NCBI GenBank assembly: GCA_002269645.1
Contig: NIVC01002066.1
Location: 62,001-126,000 of the forward strand
Length of the DNA: 64,000 nt
Reading direction: 5' to 3'
Source: Macrostomum lignano
Lineage: Eukaryota
Shown: piece by piece, positions 1-13,480 of the stretch
How positions within the stretch are numbered: the stretch's first letter is position 1
Layout: the number at the start of each line of letters is the position of its first letter
Translations under genes and position numbers: made by a program
Notes under the pieces: model-generated
The model's database searches: none
The model's input: only the letters and a program-made list of their open reading frames with translations
What the model was told of the DNA's origin: nothing

Positions 1-996
1 GGAGATCTGCAACAACGGCAAGAACTCGAGCACTGAACATTCTTGAATGGCGTCACCGGTTGCTAGGTGGTAGCCTATCAGCGACTTAAAGCTTCCGTCG
101 CAACAGTGTCGCACTGGTCTGGATAGTCTAGTTGTCCAAAAAGATTCTGCAATTGCAATGGCTACTAAAATGAAGCTTTTTGCTCTGACTGTTTATTTCA
201 AGTTAAACAAAAGCTGTTGAAGCTTCGCAATGAGATCCAGGCATCCAGTCATGTATCAGGGTTCCTGGTCGAAAAAACCGGCGCCGTTATTTCAAGGCGC
301 TGTTGAAACGAAAACCAATGCCATATTTAGAATATTTTAGCTTTATCTGAAAACTTCGAATCAGTTCAGCACTCACAGATGCAATCAAACTTTTAGCCCC
401 TTGTATGGTTGCTGATGAGACCAGGGCTTTTATCCTCCATCGGGCTGCAATGAGTTCACTCTCGAGGCCTGGCGTCAAAAAGCGTTATTTAACGCTGAGC
501 ACTTCGTTAAAAGACAAAAAGACAATAAAAAGACAATTTTATCTCAAGGAAATTATTAAATAAGCAATGACTCGCCATATTAGAGCTACTGCACCACCAG
601 TTAAATTCCGAAGACCAGCAGTTGCCGAAGACAGGACTGCAGGATCAAGACCTGCAGCTATAGTTCAGTCCTTCGCTAGCTTCTCCTAACAGTGGGCCAA
701 GGCCATCAGCTGAGACTAGCCTGTTAGAAGCTTTTCAAGGCCGGTTAGCTGATTAGCCGATTAGAAAGAGCAGTGCAAACGGAAACAAGTGTCTCCTTGA
801 CTCTTGAGCAAGAGCCTAAGTAGGTTGATGTACGAAGCCACACACTCATATGAGGTGTAAAGTGACCCCTAGTTTTAATAATCAGGCTCGAACTTACTTT
901 ATGTGTAGGGATTGGGCCTTATCTAGGGTGAAATCCGGGCCTAATAATATATTAGTATTTGATAATAGAGCAAAGTAGGTCGTGTTTCTAAGCTTA

Positions 997-1240
997 CCCT
1001 TGTACCAGAAAGGTTGCCTGCTCCGACCTCGTACAGAAACGGGTGGGTCTCCTTCTGAAGGTCGCAGTTTACCTCAGTCAATTTGCCGCGTGAGTTGAGC
1101 GTCAAGCATGAGTTCCAGGACTTAAGTGTTTTCCAGTTGTTCCACAGGACTGGGCTGCTGTCTCACCACTCGCATCGTCTTTGGTTGGCACTGAACCACC
1201 CGTCGATGTGAACGAGGCCTCGAACGAGCCGGTCGTCAGT
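997..1240 (-). pseudogene. Degenerate C-type lectin domain exon (C-terminal half)
   Basis: Manual translation gives DGWFSANQRRCEW*DSSPVLWNNWKTLKSWNSCLTLNSRGKLTEVNCDLQKETHPFLYE, matching the CTL W-x-DGS..NW..C..C..F-x-CE pattern. It has an in-frame TGA and ends at a GTAAGC donor. Confidence 0.55.
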
Positions 1241-1711
1241 TGATTTAATTTCATACTAAGACTCTTTTCCAGTGAGAATGAACTTGACGGTCGTCATTCA
1301 GTTGTACGTGAATTGCAGACTCATTGAGTTTATTGGTCCACATTCTGGGTTGCAATGAGTCCCTGCTACAGTTTGCTGCACTGGAAACTATATGATGCCA
1401 ATAAGTGTAATAAGTGTGTTTTTGTATTATTATTATTATTGTTTGCATAACTTGACGGGTACCCGAGCAGCTCGAGCCGAAGCGAGGCGGTACTGAAGGC
1501 CTTAACTGGCACAAGCCGAACTGGCACATTAGTGACCAGCCAGACACAAAGAGACACATTGAGACAATTGGCGAGCAAGGCGAGCAACGCGCGGGAGGCG
1601 CACAGCAAAAGTTATGCATTCAAGCTATGTATTTTATAACGAGTTACAAAGAAAAACACTTTTTGAGTTAAGAGAAAAATTGAATTGAAAAAAACCTCAA
1701 GCGGAGAGCTG

Positions 1712-1825
1712 CTTCAATCAGCCATGTTTGAATTTAAACAGGCAGTGAAACTCACCACAGAGGCTTTAATCAGCCAGGTTTGAATTTAAACAGGCAGTGA
1801 AACTCACCACAGAGGCTTCAACCAG
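1712..1825. repeat. ~51-bp tandem duplication
   Basis: cagcca(t/g)gtttgaatttaaacaggcagtgaaactcaccacagaggctt occurs twice in tandem. Confidence 0.8.
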
Positions 1826-2379
1826 CCTGATGTGATTCGTCATGAAGCCACTGGTCCAGGTTTCGATGACTCTAGCCGATAAATTGCTGCCATTGCTTAC
1901 AAAACCGGATAAATGCAGGTCCTCTGTCTCTGATCTCCAGCATGTCAACAATGATTATTCTCCGAATAAAACGTCACTGAGGCTCGCTTGTCACCAGTGA
2001 AATGGCTGATTGGCGTCGAGAGTGTCCGCGATTTCTAGCGACGCCTGTCATCCTCATCGTTAGTGCAGTCCCTGTCTGTTGCTAAGCCTGTTGAGGAGCT
2101 GCTCGATGAAACAGCTTGCCAATGGGACAGCTTGACGTTTTGTCACTGGATAGTTTGTTTTGTAATCTGAAATATTATCATGGTATTTCATATCATTAGC
2201 ATGGGATTTGAAAATTCCGCCACAGGTAATCTCTCGCTACACTACGTAAAACTGCTAGCATCATTTTATTCCTTCCTGAAGACACTCACTCTTTTGCAGT
2301 ATGTCAGTCCCTGCTCTGCGGGTCAGCGCCAAAAATCTTCCCAGATTGTAGCTCAGATCGCACGGCAAGATGTAGACGT

Positions 2380-2525
2380 GCTGGTTGATCAGAGGCGTTT
2401 CAACAGCTCCATAATCAGCAGAGTGAAGTGTCTTGCTCAAGGACACAAATTGTTTGAGTGGGTCAAGAATCGAACTCCCGACCTTTAGTCATGATTCGGA
2501 CGCTCTTACCCCACTAAGGCTACGA
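2380..2525 (-). mobile_element. tRNA-derived SINE with CORE-like central domain
   Basis: The reverse complement reads gccttagtggggtaagagcg...gggagttcgattcttgacc (Pol III A/B boxes), then tgtgtccttgagcaagacacttcac (CORE-like). The same motif recurs at ~32.2 and ~48.3 kb. Confidence 0.7.
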
Positions 2526-3049
2526 CTTTGGTATAGTAGGTTCGCAACCTATGATACCTTAACTAAATCTCCAATCACCTCCTTTGGCTTCAAGTCCAGT
2601 GATTTTGTGCAGCAGCTGCAAGTCAACCATTAAAAAGCCATCCCAGGGTCAATATGTCAATATCAAGAAAGCCATCTTCAGTACAAAATTGTCCATAGAA
2701 TGCATGCTGCCCCAGAGACTGTAGCGCTGATGCTGCACACTCTGCTGTGGCACGTTGATGCCGATAATGTAATTCCCTGAGCATATAAGCTTCAGTAATA
2801 AATTCTATGCTCCAGTTATGCTAAAGCAATTGTTTAAACATCATTTATCTGACATGATAGCAATATTTTCAATGATGACAGACTCCGGCATCAAGTATGA
2901 GGCATGAATTGGATGCACATTGTGATGCTGGAATTAACAAGTCCCCCAATTTCTCTTAGAAGCGGTGTTGCCAGCATCCTAAAATACGAGTATAGATATT
3001 GAGCATTATACAGCCAGCTATGTTGCTTACAGGAAATATAAAATCGAAC

Positions 3050-3620
3050 CCTTAACTACTTATCGCTGTGCACCCTGGCAAAGAACTCTGTCCTCGCGCT
3101 CTTGTTTTCCACGGGCACAGCTTCCGGCCAGCCAGAGAAAGCATCAACCAGCACCAGGATCAGGCCGACTCCTGACACGTGAGCATGCTCAATGTGCACC
3201 CGCTTCAAAGACGTCTCCTCGGTAGGCCAAGTGTGCGAGTAGGGAGTGGTCGAATCCTCGTACATGTTGCGCACTGCATCAAAAACCGTTCGACATCCTC
3301 GTGGTGACACGGCCACCATGCTTCGTGCTTGAGTCGATTTTGAGTCGGCCAGTGCTCCGTGTGGGCTCCGTGAGTGCTCCGTGAGCTGCATGCAGAATTT
3401 TACTACGGACAGCCGGCAGGCGAAACAAGCAAGTCACCGCAGCATACGACGCCGTTTTCGATCGTTAACTGATGACGGACAGCCTTGAATGGGCTGCAGC
3501 CGAGCAGTTGGAACAGACGTTTTTCTGGATCCGGCGCTTAATGCTCTTGAGCACTAGGTCGATGTCTGTGCCCTAGCAGATCTCCCTGGCAGAGAAACTC
3601 GATCAATAGATCGAGCTTTT
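3050..3620 (-). mobile_element. Degenerate Ty3/Gypsy integrase fragment
   Basis: KRVHIEHAHVSGVGLILVLVDAFSGWPEAVPVENKSART is the integrase core N-terminus. Upstream lies PFKAVRHQLTIENGVVCCGDLL, typical of the pre-integrase region. Confidence 0.75.
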
Positions 3621-5389
3621 GCTGACTTGTGGTATCGCCAAATCCTTCAATGTTGTCATCGCTGATGGCAGAAGAGGGATTGCGAAATTTGTGCGCCACT
3701 TTTTGCTCTAACAAAAGTCACAACAATCAAAATTTCAGTATTGAAAATCTGTATCAGTATTCGTCAAAATTTCGACGCACTTGGCACCTGGCCAACTTTG
3801 CATGCAAACATGAGCTTCTCTCGTCCGAGAGAGCGCAATTCTCGTGTCAAAGCCCAACGTAAACTGAGCTGCCTCACCGAATTTCAAATTGCCGGGGTTA
3901 ATGCTGGCGCCATCCAACCATTCCCAGGCACCTGTTGTGAGGTTGCGCTGCGCACGGAGATGCAGAGCTTTTGATGGCGGCCTGCATTTACATGCAAGTT
4001 ATTGGTGATAAAATTGTGATAGAAGGAAGCAACTTGATTAGGATTTTGTTCCTATCAACGCATTAGATATTAAGAAAGTTAAGCAGCGTTTGCCCCTTCA
4101 CAATCAGCAGTGTGCTCTGCTGACCAGCTCAGCGGAACTTTTGGCACATTCGAAGCGCGGAATTGCACATCGTACATAGCACATAGCCTCCACTCAGAGT
4201 AACCTTGGCTGGAAAACCAACTCCCGTTGATCACGTAAAGTTTCATCCATCTAAAGTGGTACAGGTGAGGCATGGATAGTTTCTCTTGCGCCCTGTGGGT
4301 CTCAAACTGCAAGTAATAAAGAAACATATCAGATGCTCCATCAGAAATTGTTCAGAATGACAGGAAAATTCGTAGGCTCTCCTACCACCCAGGTGATTTC
4401 GCTGACATTCGCAGTGCATTATCCGCCAATAAGGTCTTCACCTGAGATGTAAAATTGCACGGGCAAGCTTGCCCTGGTGTAAATGAACTTGATGTGGTAG
4501 TCGGACGGAAATTCGAAGTTCAGATTTGAGGAGTTCAGAGAAACTGCGATGTAGTACTGATTCTGGGCGACATTATGGCACGCTAAGAAGGTAACGGCAT
4601 TGGAAAAGTATACTTCTATTTTAAATTAAGTAAAATATCTTTCTCGTGACCTACCTGAATCGCCAGGTTATACAATCAAGCCCAGTTTCAGAATTGGGCG
4701 CTTCTCGAATCTCACAGTCTGCAGAGACATCAGTCTCGCTCGAACATGGTTGGGAAAATATATTTGCATTTGCTGGACCTCATCTTCTGGTCTGGGTATG
4801 AGTTGCTACAAGAGTATTTATTGCGCCTTTGCCAGGGCATTCAGTTCGCCAGTTGAAGCTAGTATCAATACTTAAAAAGCACGTTTCCACTTTCCACTCA
4901 TCTCTGATGTTCCGCTCTGGGGATCGGCGATGGATTTCTGACCTCTGAGGCTGGTCACATAGCCAAGAAGATCAGTTGCTCGCAGCGCTGCACCTCTGCT
5001 GACGAGTCCCGTGATGCTGAAAACCTGAGGCAGTTGCAGACAAAAAATTCCCGAACTCTTTAGAATGAGAGCGCCGTGTCTCATCGCCTGTAGAGTCCAG
5101 CGGCAGGGAATAAACATCGCCAAGCAAGTCTCCATCGAAGCTGATAGTCATTGCTGATGATTTTCGCTGCTCAACTCAGTCAAGACTGGCCAACCGAGTA
5201 AGTTTGGAGTTACAGTGACTCAGAGGGCCAGGTTAGGGACTGATGCCAGCGATGAACAGCAGCGGGCAGCATCAAATATCAGCAAGCAAATATAAAATTC
5301 AGTATAAAATATTCATTTTTGGTATATCTGATTGCATAGGATGAGGCTTACAATGCATAGAATTTCATTCTGTTCATGAGCCGCCAGGT

Positions 5390-5530
5390 ACATCCAGAGC
5401 AAACCTGTCCCTCTGCCATCCAGTCGAACTTTGCGCTTCATCAGCTCGGGAAATCACCAAAGAAACCGTTGCAGTGGCTGGCGATAGTGCAGCTTTTTGG
5501 AATGGTGCAGTGCCAGTTTGAGTTGCAAAA
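5390..5530 (-). pseudogene. Possible degenerate LDL-receptor class A-like cysteine module
   Basis: FCNSNWHCTIPKSCTIASHCNGFFGDF, followed by frameshifted ADEA, resembles LDLa C..C..CI..CxG..DC..xDE. It is disrupted. Confidence 0.3.
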
Positions 5531-5899
5531 GCGTTTGTGATTATTATTTTTTTTGCATAATTTTTTCCTAAGAAATTTTTTTATACTTTTAACAGTAGAA
5601 TTAGTCGTTTAAATTCTTGTTACATCGTTGGTATCGATGACTGAATTTAGATAGTTTATCAGCATTGACTTTCTGTATTTTTGTTACGACATGCTGCCAC
5701 CGTACGTCAGTACGTGCAAGTTAAGCAGGGTTGGTTGGGTTAGTAAACAGCGTCCAACCCTCGTACAGCCACTGAGAGCGGCTCCCCACAGTCTCAGCAC
5801 TGTACTCTGCTAGCTTCATTCCAACTTTATATATCAGGAAATCACGAGAGGGCATAGAAATAATTTGCTAAAAATTCTATGAAAAATTTCGCATTATTT

Positions 5900-6140
5900 C
5901 AGCGTATTTCCCCTCAGCTTCTATGCATCGCTATATTCGCGTCCGCCAAACCTAAAAGCAGCTGAGGTACCTGTGGGCACCCTATCCAGTTCTGTTTTGA
6001 CTGCGTGAACCAGGTTTTAAATGTTCGAAAACGGCCTTCTAAAAATTGCTGACTTTAGCTTCGGAAACAGCCAGCAGTTGCAGGGTCTGAGGTCTGGCAA
6101 GTAGAGTAGTTGGACGCTCAATTCTTGGTGCGGCCTATAG
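5900..6140 (-). mobile_element. mariner transposase C-terminal remnant
   Basis: LYLPDLRPCNCWLFPKLKSAIFRRPFSN resembles the mariner YSPDLAPxDxxLFPKLK motif. Confidence 0.65.
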
Positions 6141-6309
6141 TTGCTCATTCGATATGCTGTAATTTCGAAGCCGCTAGCTCGCCCGGATGCCCCGGGATGC
6201 ACGGGCTACCTTTCAGCTGACTTATCGACCAGCCATCGTCATAGTAGCCAAATCTCCGAAGCATGACTTTGGCATCTCGTGTAGCATCTCGTGTTTATTG
6301 TCTAAAATA

Positions 6310-6950
6310 TTCTCACCCCTGTGAACTTAAGCAATTCTGTACTGCACCTGACGCTGCATTCTCAGCTCCAGTAACTGCCGTTATGGTCAGCTCAGGACCC
6401 AGCTCGGCTGCAGTAGCTGACGCTGCGAATGATTTGATGGAGAGGAGCCTTAGTGCCTCATCAAAATCGGCAAGTCCGGTACCCAGACTGCCCATCTTTT
6501 CGGTCGTAGTCGTTCGGGCGGTAACGAGTACCTTGGTCTGGTACTGCGAAATGTACTTCGGCAGCTTGGACTCCAGCTTGTTGGAGCAGCTGAATCCAAC
6601 GACAGCAGCAAACCTGATGCTCAGAGCCGCGCACCGCCTGAACGAGCGGCCCATCAAGGACCGGGCCCGGTTCCATAGCGGACCTGTCAGACCACTGCCA
6701 CTGCTGAGTAGCCTGGGTCTCTGACTGACCGGACAAATCGCTGCTGGTCATCCGAAGCTGGGAAAGAACTGCACAGAACCTACAGACTAGGATTTTCGAT
6801 ATTGATGAGGGATCTATCTCAGGCACTCGAAGGCCCAAACAACTGTTAAGCGGTGAATCTACGTAGATTCCAGCTCGTAGTTGCCAGTTACCAAAGCTTT
6901 TTATCAGTCTGGTTCAGATTGGTCAGGAGCCCAAGCTGACAAAACTGACC
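6310..6950 (-). pseudogene. Degenerate CTL C-terminal half plus von Willebrand factor A (VWA)-like domain
   Basis: FGNW...NSCLGL...ILVC (CTL end) is followed in another frame by LLSSGSGLTGPLWNRARSLM...IRFAAVVGFS...GSLGTGLADFDEALRLL...LTITAVTG. This resembles the VWA DxSxS, FxVVxFS, GxTxTG and VITDG blocks, with frameshifts. Confidence 0.45.
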
Positions 6951-7136
6951 GCTGTTCACACAGACTACTATGTAGTACAGACAGACAGGCATTCGCCAGC
7001 TTACCAGTGGTTTATGAAATTTAATTTTAAATGACCGATAACAACCGCTTAGCTATCCTGCATACTGCCACCACCTTCACTAGACAGATAAATATAGAGC
7101 CTTTATTAGTACTTTTACAGATACTAATGAGCTCAC

Positions 7137-7304
7137 TCGAGTTGCACGATGTTCCGGTTGAAGGCCGATTTATCGTCAAAAGGCTGGCCTTGACTCCGTT
7201 CTACCTAATAAGTCTGCAGAAGTCCCTGGCCTGATCCCAGGTGTAGCGAGCGCGCCGAATGGAGATGCAGGAGTTCAGGTGCTGGATCCACAGAACTGGG
7301 AAGT
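7137..7304 (-). pseudogene. C-type lectin domain N-terminal exon with in-frame stop
   Basis: A tttcag acceptor precedes FPVLWIQHLNSCISIRRARYTWDQARDFCRLIR*NGVKASLLTIN (CTL SC..TW..AR.FC..A.L..I pattern, TAG in frame). The exon ends at a GTGAGC donor. Confidence 0.65.
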
Positions 7305-7899
7305 CTGAAACAGGGAAATTGACTTGACAGCTTTAAGACAGCTCCCTGCTGATTGGACACTGAGAGACTTAAAAATCAACGAGTACCTACCAGCTCGCAA
7401 CCCCTGATCTGGTCAACGGTAGTCACAAAAGTCTCAGAGCTCAACTGGAATCGCAGATGACGAACTGGCAGCAGAAGAGGCATGACGAAAATCTTCTGGT
7501 TGAATGCCTTCACTAACTTTGCGTTCAGATTGCTCAGATTTTGTTTTGAACGCCTTATGTTTATGACAGGAAAAAATTAAACTCGTTGTAAATAGAGTGC
7601 TAGTTTACCAAGAATAAGTTCAGTCTAGAGATAGCTCGTATTGTTGCTCCCACTGTGCTACAGGATGCTCTGGAATCTGTTCTGGAATGAGGTTCTGGAA
7701 TCTGTCAGCAGCATTAGCGAAAGACTGCCAAAAACTCGAATCGGCGTCTGTTATGCTTGACTTTCAAGGCTTCTCAGGGGCTCGCATCATTCGTTGTTAT
7801 GTTATTTACAAAAATAAATGTGTTGAAAGTACAAGAGAAATAAGTCCGCTTGGGCCAAGCCCACAGCACCTCCCTTCCTTTATGAAAGTCCACAATGTC

Positions 7900-8300
7900 C
7901 ACATGCAGAGCACTGTTCACTCCTTGTACCGCACTTTAGGCTTTACTAGCAATCTTTCGCTCCGCTGAAGTTGCACCGCCTCTGAAGTGCCTCCAGAATT
8001 TTGATGTTCTCTGGGTTCATAGGGTTGATACTAGGAGACCTTGTCCCGTAACCTCTCTGGGTCCGGGTCCTGCTTGTTTTCGGTTGCAAAGAAACTCAAT
8101 TGATCTCCGTGAGCCTTTTTGTAAGCACCCTTGTCCAACCTGATTACAGTGGCATTGTTTCCTGTCATTAAAACCACCTTGGTCAGTGAAGCTAATATGC
8201 CAGTTCTGTAGACAACTCTCTCCTGTTGTCGAAACTTGCTCATCAACGGTGTTCTGATTCAACGTACTATAAACTTCTCAAATGAACTAATTCCGCTGGT
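7900..8300 (-). mobile_element. Probable Penelope-like element RT N-terminal remnant
   Basis: VVLMTGNNATVIRLDKGAYKK...KQDPDPERLRDKV resembles the PLE ADKGNATVILDKxDY...DP..L..K segment. It is heavily decayed. Confidence 0.35.
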
Positions 8301-8429
8301 TCCTTTAGATAAACGGTAAAACAGAAGAAATTTATCAATATTTCTTCGGCTCAGGCCCTGGAATCCTGGGGCACGCACGAGGATCTTACCTGCTGGATCA
8401 TGTACATGGTTTTTCATCGTACTGACACC

Positions 8430-9780
<1,351 letters not shown>

Positions 9781-10588
9781 GAAACTCCCAGCGCGACACC
9801 GTAGCACTAGCTGCCTGTGGTCGCCAGGGGTTAGCGAAATGGGCGGCAACGCCTCCTCGCTGTTTCCATCGCACAGAGCCCCTTGCAGCTAAGTCATGCA
9901 AGACACCTCTTGGTAATTGGACATTATCTACTATCACCAGCAGGTACTGAATTTGTATCGGTCGCGCAAAATCCGCGTGAACGCGTTCTCCAGGCTCATT
10001 AGCCGTCGGCCAGAATGCGAGAAAATTTCTGTTTTACGGTTTCACAAACTTGAACTCGCACTTGCACTTGCACTTGCAATTATCGACGAATCTAATGATA
10101 TCCTTGTCCAATCCAAGCCAACGAAACAGAAATCTTAGCAACTTTGTCCGGGCGACACCCAAATGCGTAGCATGAGCGTCTTCCAAACTCTACCCCGGAG
10201 AGACCTTGGCAGAACGATCCTTAAATCTCGGATAGTCACTCCCGATTACACTGTCAATAAATCAGCCACCGGTTTCTACGACCGAAGTCTTCATCCTCGA
10301 ATACGGCTTAACATATCGTTCTACCTCCTGGATTGGCATTGTTGTGCAATCGTTCCCTTTCTCGCCCTCCTGCCCCGTCCCAACCCTCCAATCTGCCCCA
10401 CCCCTCCAATCAATAATCAATTCGTACGACGATCACGCCAACCCGCCCCACCTCCCCTACTGTACCGTACATGTGTTCTAAAAGTATTCATTTACTCCTA
10501 GGTCAGATAATAAATATAATGACTTTTCTGTCTAATGGGCAGCCGCGGCCTTGCGTTCTCTTGGTCCTATCGTTAGCTACGTCAAAAC

Positions 10589-10673
10589 TGTGAAGTTATG
10601 GGTTCTTGCGAGGCAAAGTGCTTGTTTTGAGAAGCAAGAAAAGTGAATAACAAGTTTACATAACAATCTGACA
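10589..10673 (-). repeat. 3' LTR (85 bp)
   Basis: TG...CA termini, adjacent PPT; 5 substitutions and 1 indel relative to 13035-13120. Confidence 0.9.
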
Positions 10674-13034
10674 TCTCCCGCCCCCCTAAAGTTCGAAACG
10701 CATCAGTCAGTTCGAATAGTCCCTCAGTCACAACTGCAGACGTTGCCTCCGACGCTGCGGGTAGCGCCGGGCTGTCGTGGCCGTCTCGTCAGCGGCGGCA
10801 TCGACAGCGGCGTTTGCGACCGGGCAGTCCGCGGCCGCTTCGCTGTGCTCAGCCGGTGGGAGCGCTACTTCGCCGGAAGTTTCCGGTTCCGGTGGTGGTG
10901 CGGGTCCCGCATCCGGCAGCGAGCTCGCTAGCAGCTGGTCGGCGTGCCGCTGGAGGATGGCGCCGCCGACGTCAACGGCGCAGTTGCGGGTTCCGGCAGA
11001 CACGACGGTGCCCTCCGTCCAGCGGGTGCCGCTGGCCTTAGCACCGAAGCTGAAGTCGCGCATCAGAACTTGGACACCAGCTTCGAAATCGCGCGCCCGC
11101 GGATGCTGCTCCGCCTGCCGCTCTTGGCGCTGCTGCATGCTGCTCGTTAGCGATGGAATCAGCAGGTCCAGCCGACTGCGCAGTCTGCGGCCGATGAGCA
11201 GCTGGCTGAGAGCTTCGTCTGTGATCGAGTGGCCGCTCTTGCCCAAGTGTCGCTTCAGCACTTGGACGAACCTCTCCGCCTGGCCTTTCGTGGCCGGGTG
11301 GAATGGCGTCGAGAAGACCTGGCGGATGCCGTTCCGCCTGACGAACTCGCCGAACTCCGCCGAGGTGAACTGCAAGCCGTTGTCTGAGACCAGCACCCGA
11401 GGGATGCCGAACCTGGCGAAGACCTCGCGAAGGCGCTCGATAGTGGCGGCGGCGGTGCAGTCTCGCCCACGGTTCAGCAGGAAACGGCCACGACTGCACT
11501 GGCGCCCTGGGCGGGTCGGCCTGGTTCAGCATGCAGGTCCGGCACGACTTGACGGTCGCCGCGAGCTGCTCCTCCAGGCCTGGCCACGGCGTTATAGGTC
11601 AGCTTATAATCGCCGCAGATCCGCACAGCACCGTTCGTTTTGACTACCGGCACGATTGGCGCCGCCCAGTCGGAGTACTTGACTGTCGTGATAATGCCGT
11701 CTGCCTCCATCCGCCGCAGCTCCTCTTCCACGCGGTCTCTGAGCGCATACGGAACCGGCCTCGCCTTGAAGAAGCGCGGCTTGGCCTCGGCCGGGACGTG
11801 CAGCTTGACTTCGCCGTGCCGATAGGTGTCCAGGCCGCCTTGAAAGACCTCAGGAAACTGCACCAGCAGGTCCTGCGCTTCGCCCACGAGCGAGTTAACT
11901 TGCCCGAAGATACTCGGCCAGTCCAGCTTCAGCTCCATCAACCAATCTCGGCCCTAGCAGTGCGACATCGCCCTGCTCGACCACCAGCAGCGTCAGCCGC
12001 CGATCCTGGCCGTTGTGCTGAACGTCGACCTTCGCCTGTCCGATGGGTCGGAAGCTCTCGCCAGTGTAAGTGCGCAGAACCGTGGAAGTCAGCGATAGGC
12101 GAAGTCCTGGCAGCACCTTCTCCTGAAGGTTTTTTGGGATGAGGTTGAGAGCGGACCCGGTGTCCACCTCGAAGCGACACGGCTTGCCTTGCAGCAGCAG
12201 CTCAACCGCCAGTCCTTTGCTCGATCCGCTTTGCCGAAGGCTGAAGAGTGTCTCCTGCAGCTCGGTCGGCTCGGGATCCATCTTGTGCAGCTTGGAAGAT
12301 CTGCAAACTTTCCGGATGTGGCCGACCTTGCCGCAGTTGTGGCACTTAGCATCGCGAAGCTTGCACTCCATGCGATTGTGAGCGCCACCACAGCTGGCAC
12401 ACAGCGACTGTGAGGCGCTGGCTGAGCTTGGGGGTGCTTGGCGAGAACCCTGCTTCTGCGGTGGCGGCCTGTTGTGAAACTGCACATCCACTGGTTCAGC
12501 CTTGTGCGTCATCTCCAATGAGGATTTCTCCGCAGTCTCCAAGGACTCGACCGTCGCAACCACAGCCTTGAAGTCAGGTTTGTTGATTTCCAAGAGCTTG
12601 GCGCGGTGAGAATCGCTGCGAAGGCCGAAAATGAGCTAATCCCGAAGCCTCTCGCATAGGGCTTCCCCGAATTCGCAGTGCTTGGAAGCTGCCTTGAGAC
12701 CGGCCACGAAGTCGCAGAAGCTCTCGCTCGGCCTCTGGACACGCTGCTGAAACCAAAATCTGGCCGATAGCATTGAAGTTCTCGGAGCGTAGTGGTCCCT
12801 TAGAATTTTTGACAGCTGCGTGAAATTCTTGGAGACCACAGTATCGGGCTGGCACAAGTTACGGAGCACTTTGTAGGCTTCTTCCCCGATTGCTGTCACC
12901 AGGGTGGCTACTTTCGCCTCTTCTCGGACCTCCTTGTAGACGAAATATTGCTCGAGCCTCTCTAGATAGACTTCGATGTCTGAATTAGCAGAGAGTTTAG
13001 GAAGCCTGCCGATAGTAGCCATCCTCGTCGCCAC

Positions 13035-13120
13035 TGTGGAGTTATGGGTTCTTGCGAGGCAAAGTGCTTGTTGTGAGAAGCGAGAAAAGTGAATAACAAG
13101 TTTACAGTAACAATCCGAAA
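13035..13120 (-). repeat. 5' LTR (86 bp)
   Basis: Matches 10589-10673 and is followed on the minus strand by the PBS. Confidence 0.9.
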
Positions 13121-13374
13121 AAAACAAACTTACTTGTTTACCATGGCAAGTGCGAACTGCATCGGCTTTTGAACGGAAGCTCGTGAGTTCTGCTCTGTCT
13201 TTTTCCTGCTTCTCCCTAGGGTGCTGGACGGGAGCTCTAACTGGGGACCTAGGGGTCGCAGCTTTTCAACAGGGTTTAGCTGTAGGCGTCCCTCTGGAGG
13301 ACGGGGCTCACAACAACATCGTTGAAGTTGGTACATCAACATGGGCAACTATGAGCTGAGACTTCTGATGGCTT

Positions 13375-13480
13375 CTGTGACTGTAGGGATGGTGACTGTA
13401 GGGATGGTGTCTGTAGGGATGGTGACTGTAGGGATGGTGACTGTAGGGATGGTGACTGTAGGGATGGTGACTGTAGGGAT
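13375..13480. repeat. 15-bp minisatellite (GTGACTGTAGGGATG)n, ~7 units
   Basis: Direct reading of the sequence. The same unit recurs, diverged, at ~14480-14750. Confidence 0.9.

Larger units (their letters stand above)
10589..13120 (-). mobile_element. Ty3/Gypsy (Mag-like) LTR retrotransposon, non-autonomous, 2.53 kb
   Basis: LTRs at 10589-10673 and 13035-13120; TSD AAAAC on both sides; PBS TGGCGACGAGG directly before the gag ATG (MATIGRLPKL); polypurine tract GGGGGGCGGGAGA. Coding remnants: twin zinc knuckles, protease FEVDTGS, RT start PIVPVVK..RICGDYK, integrase VSDNG..HPATKGQAERFV. Confidence 0.95.

Noticed and set aside
4079-5135. Possible further exons (CUB-like or other) of the lectin pseudogene
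   Set aside because: No motif could be recognised with confidence by eye.
10777-12487. Several long plus-strand ORFs
   Set aside because: Antisense shadows of the GC-rich Gypsy pol.
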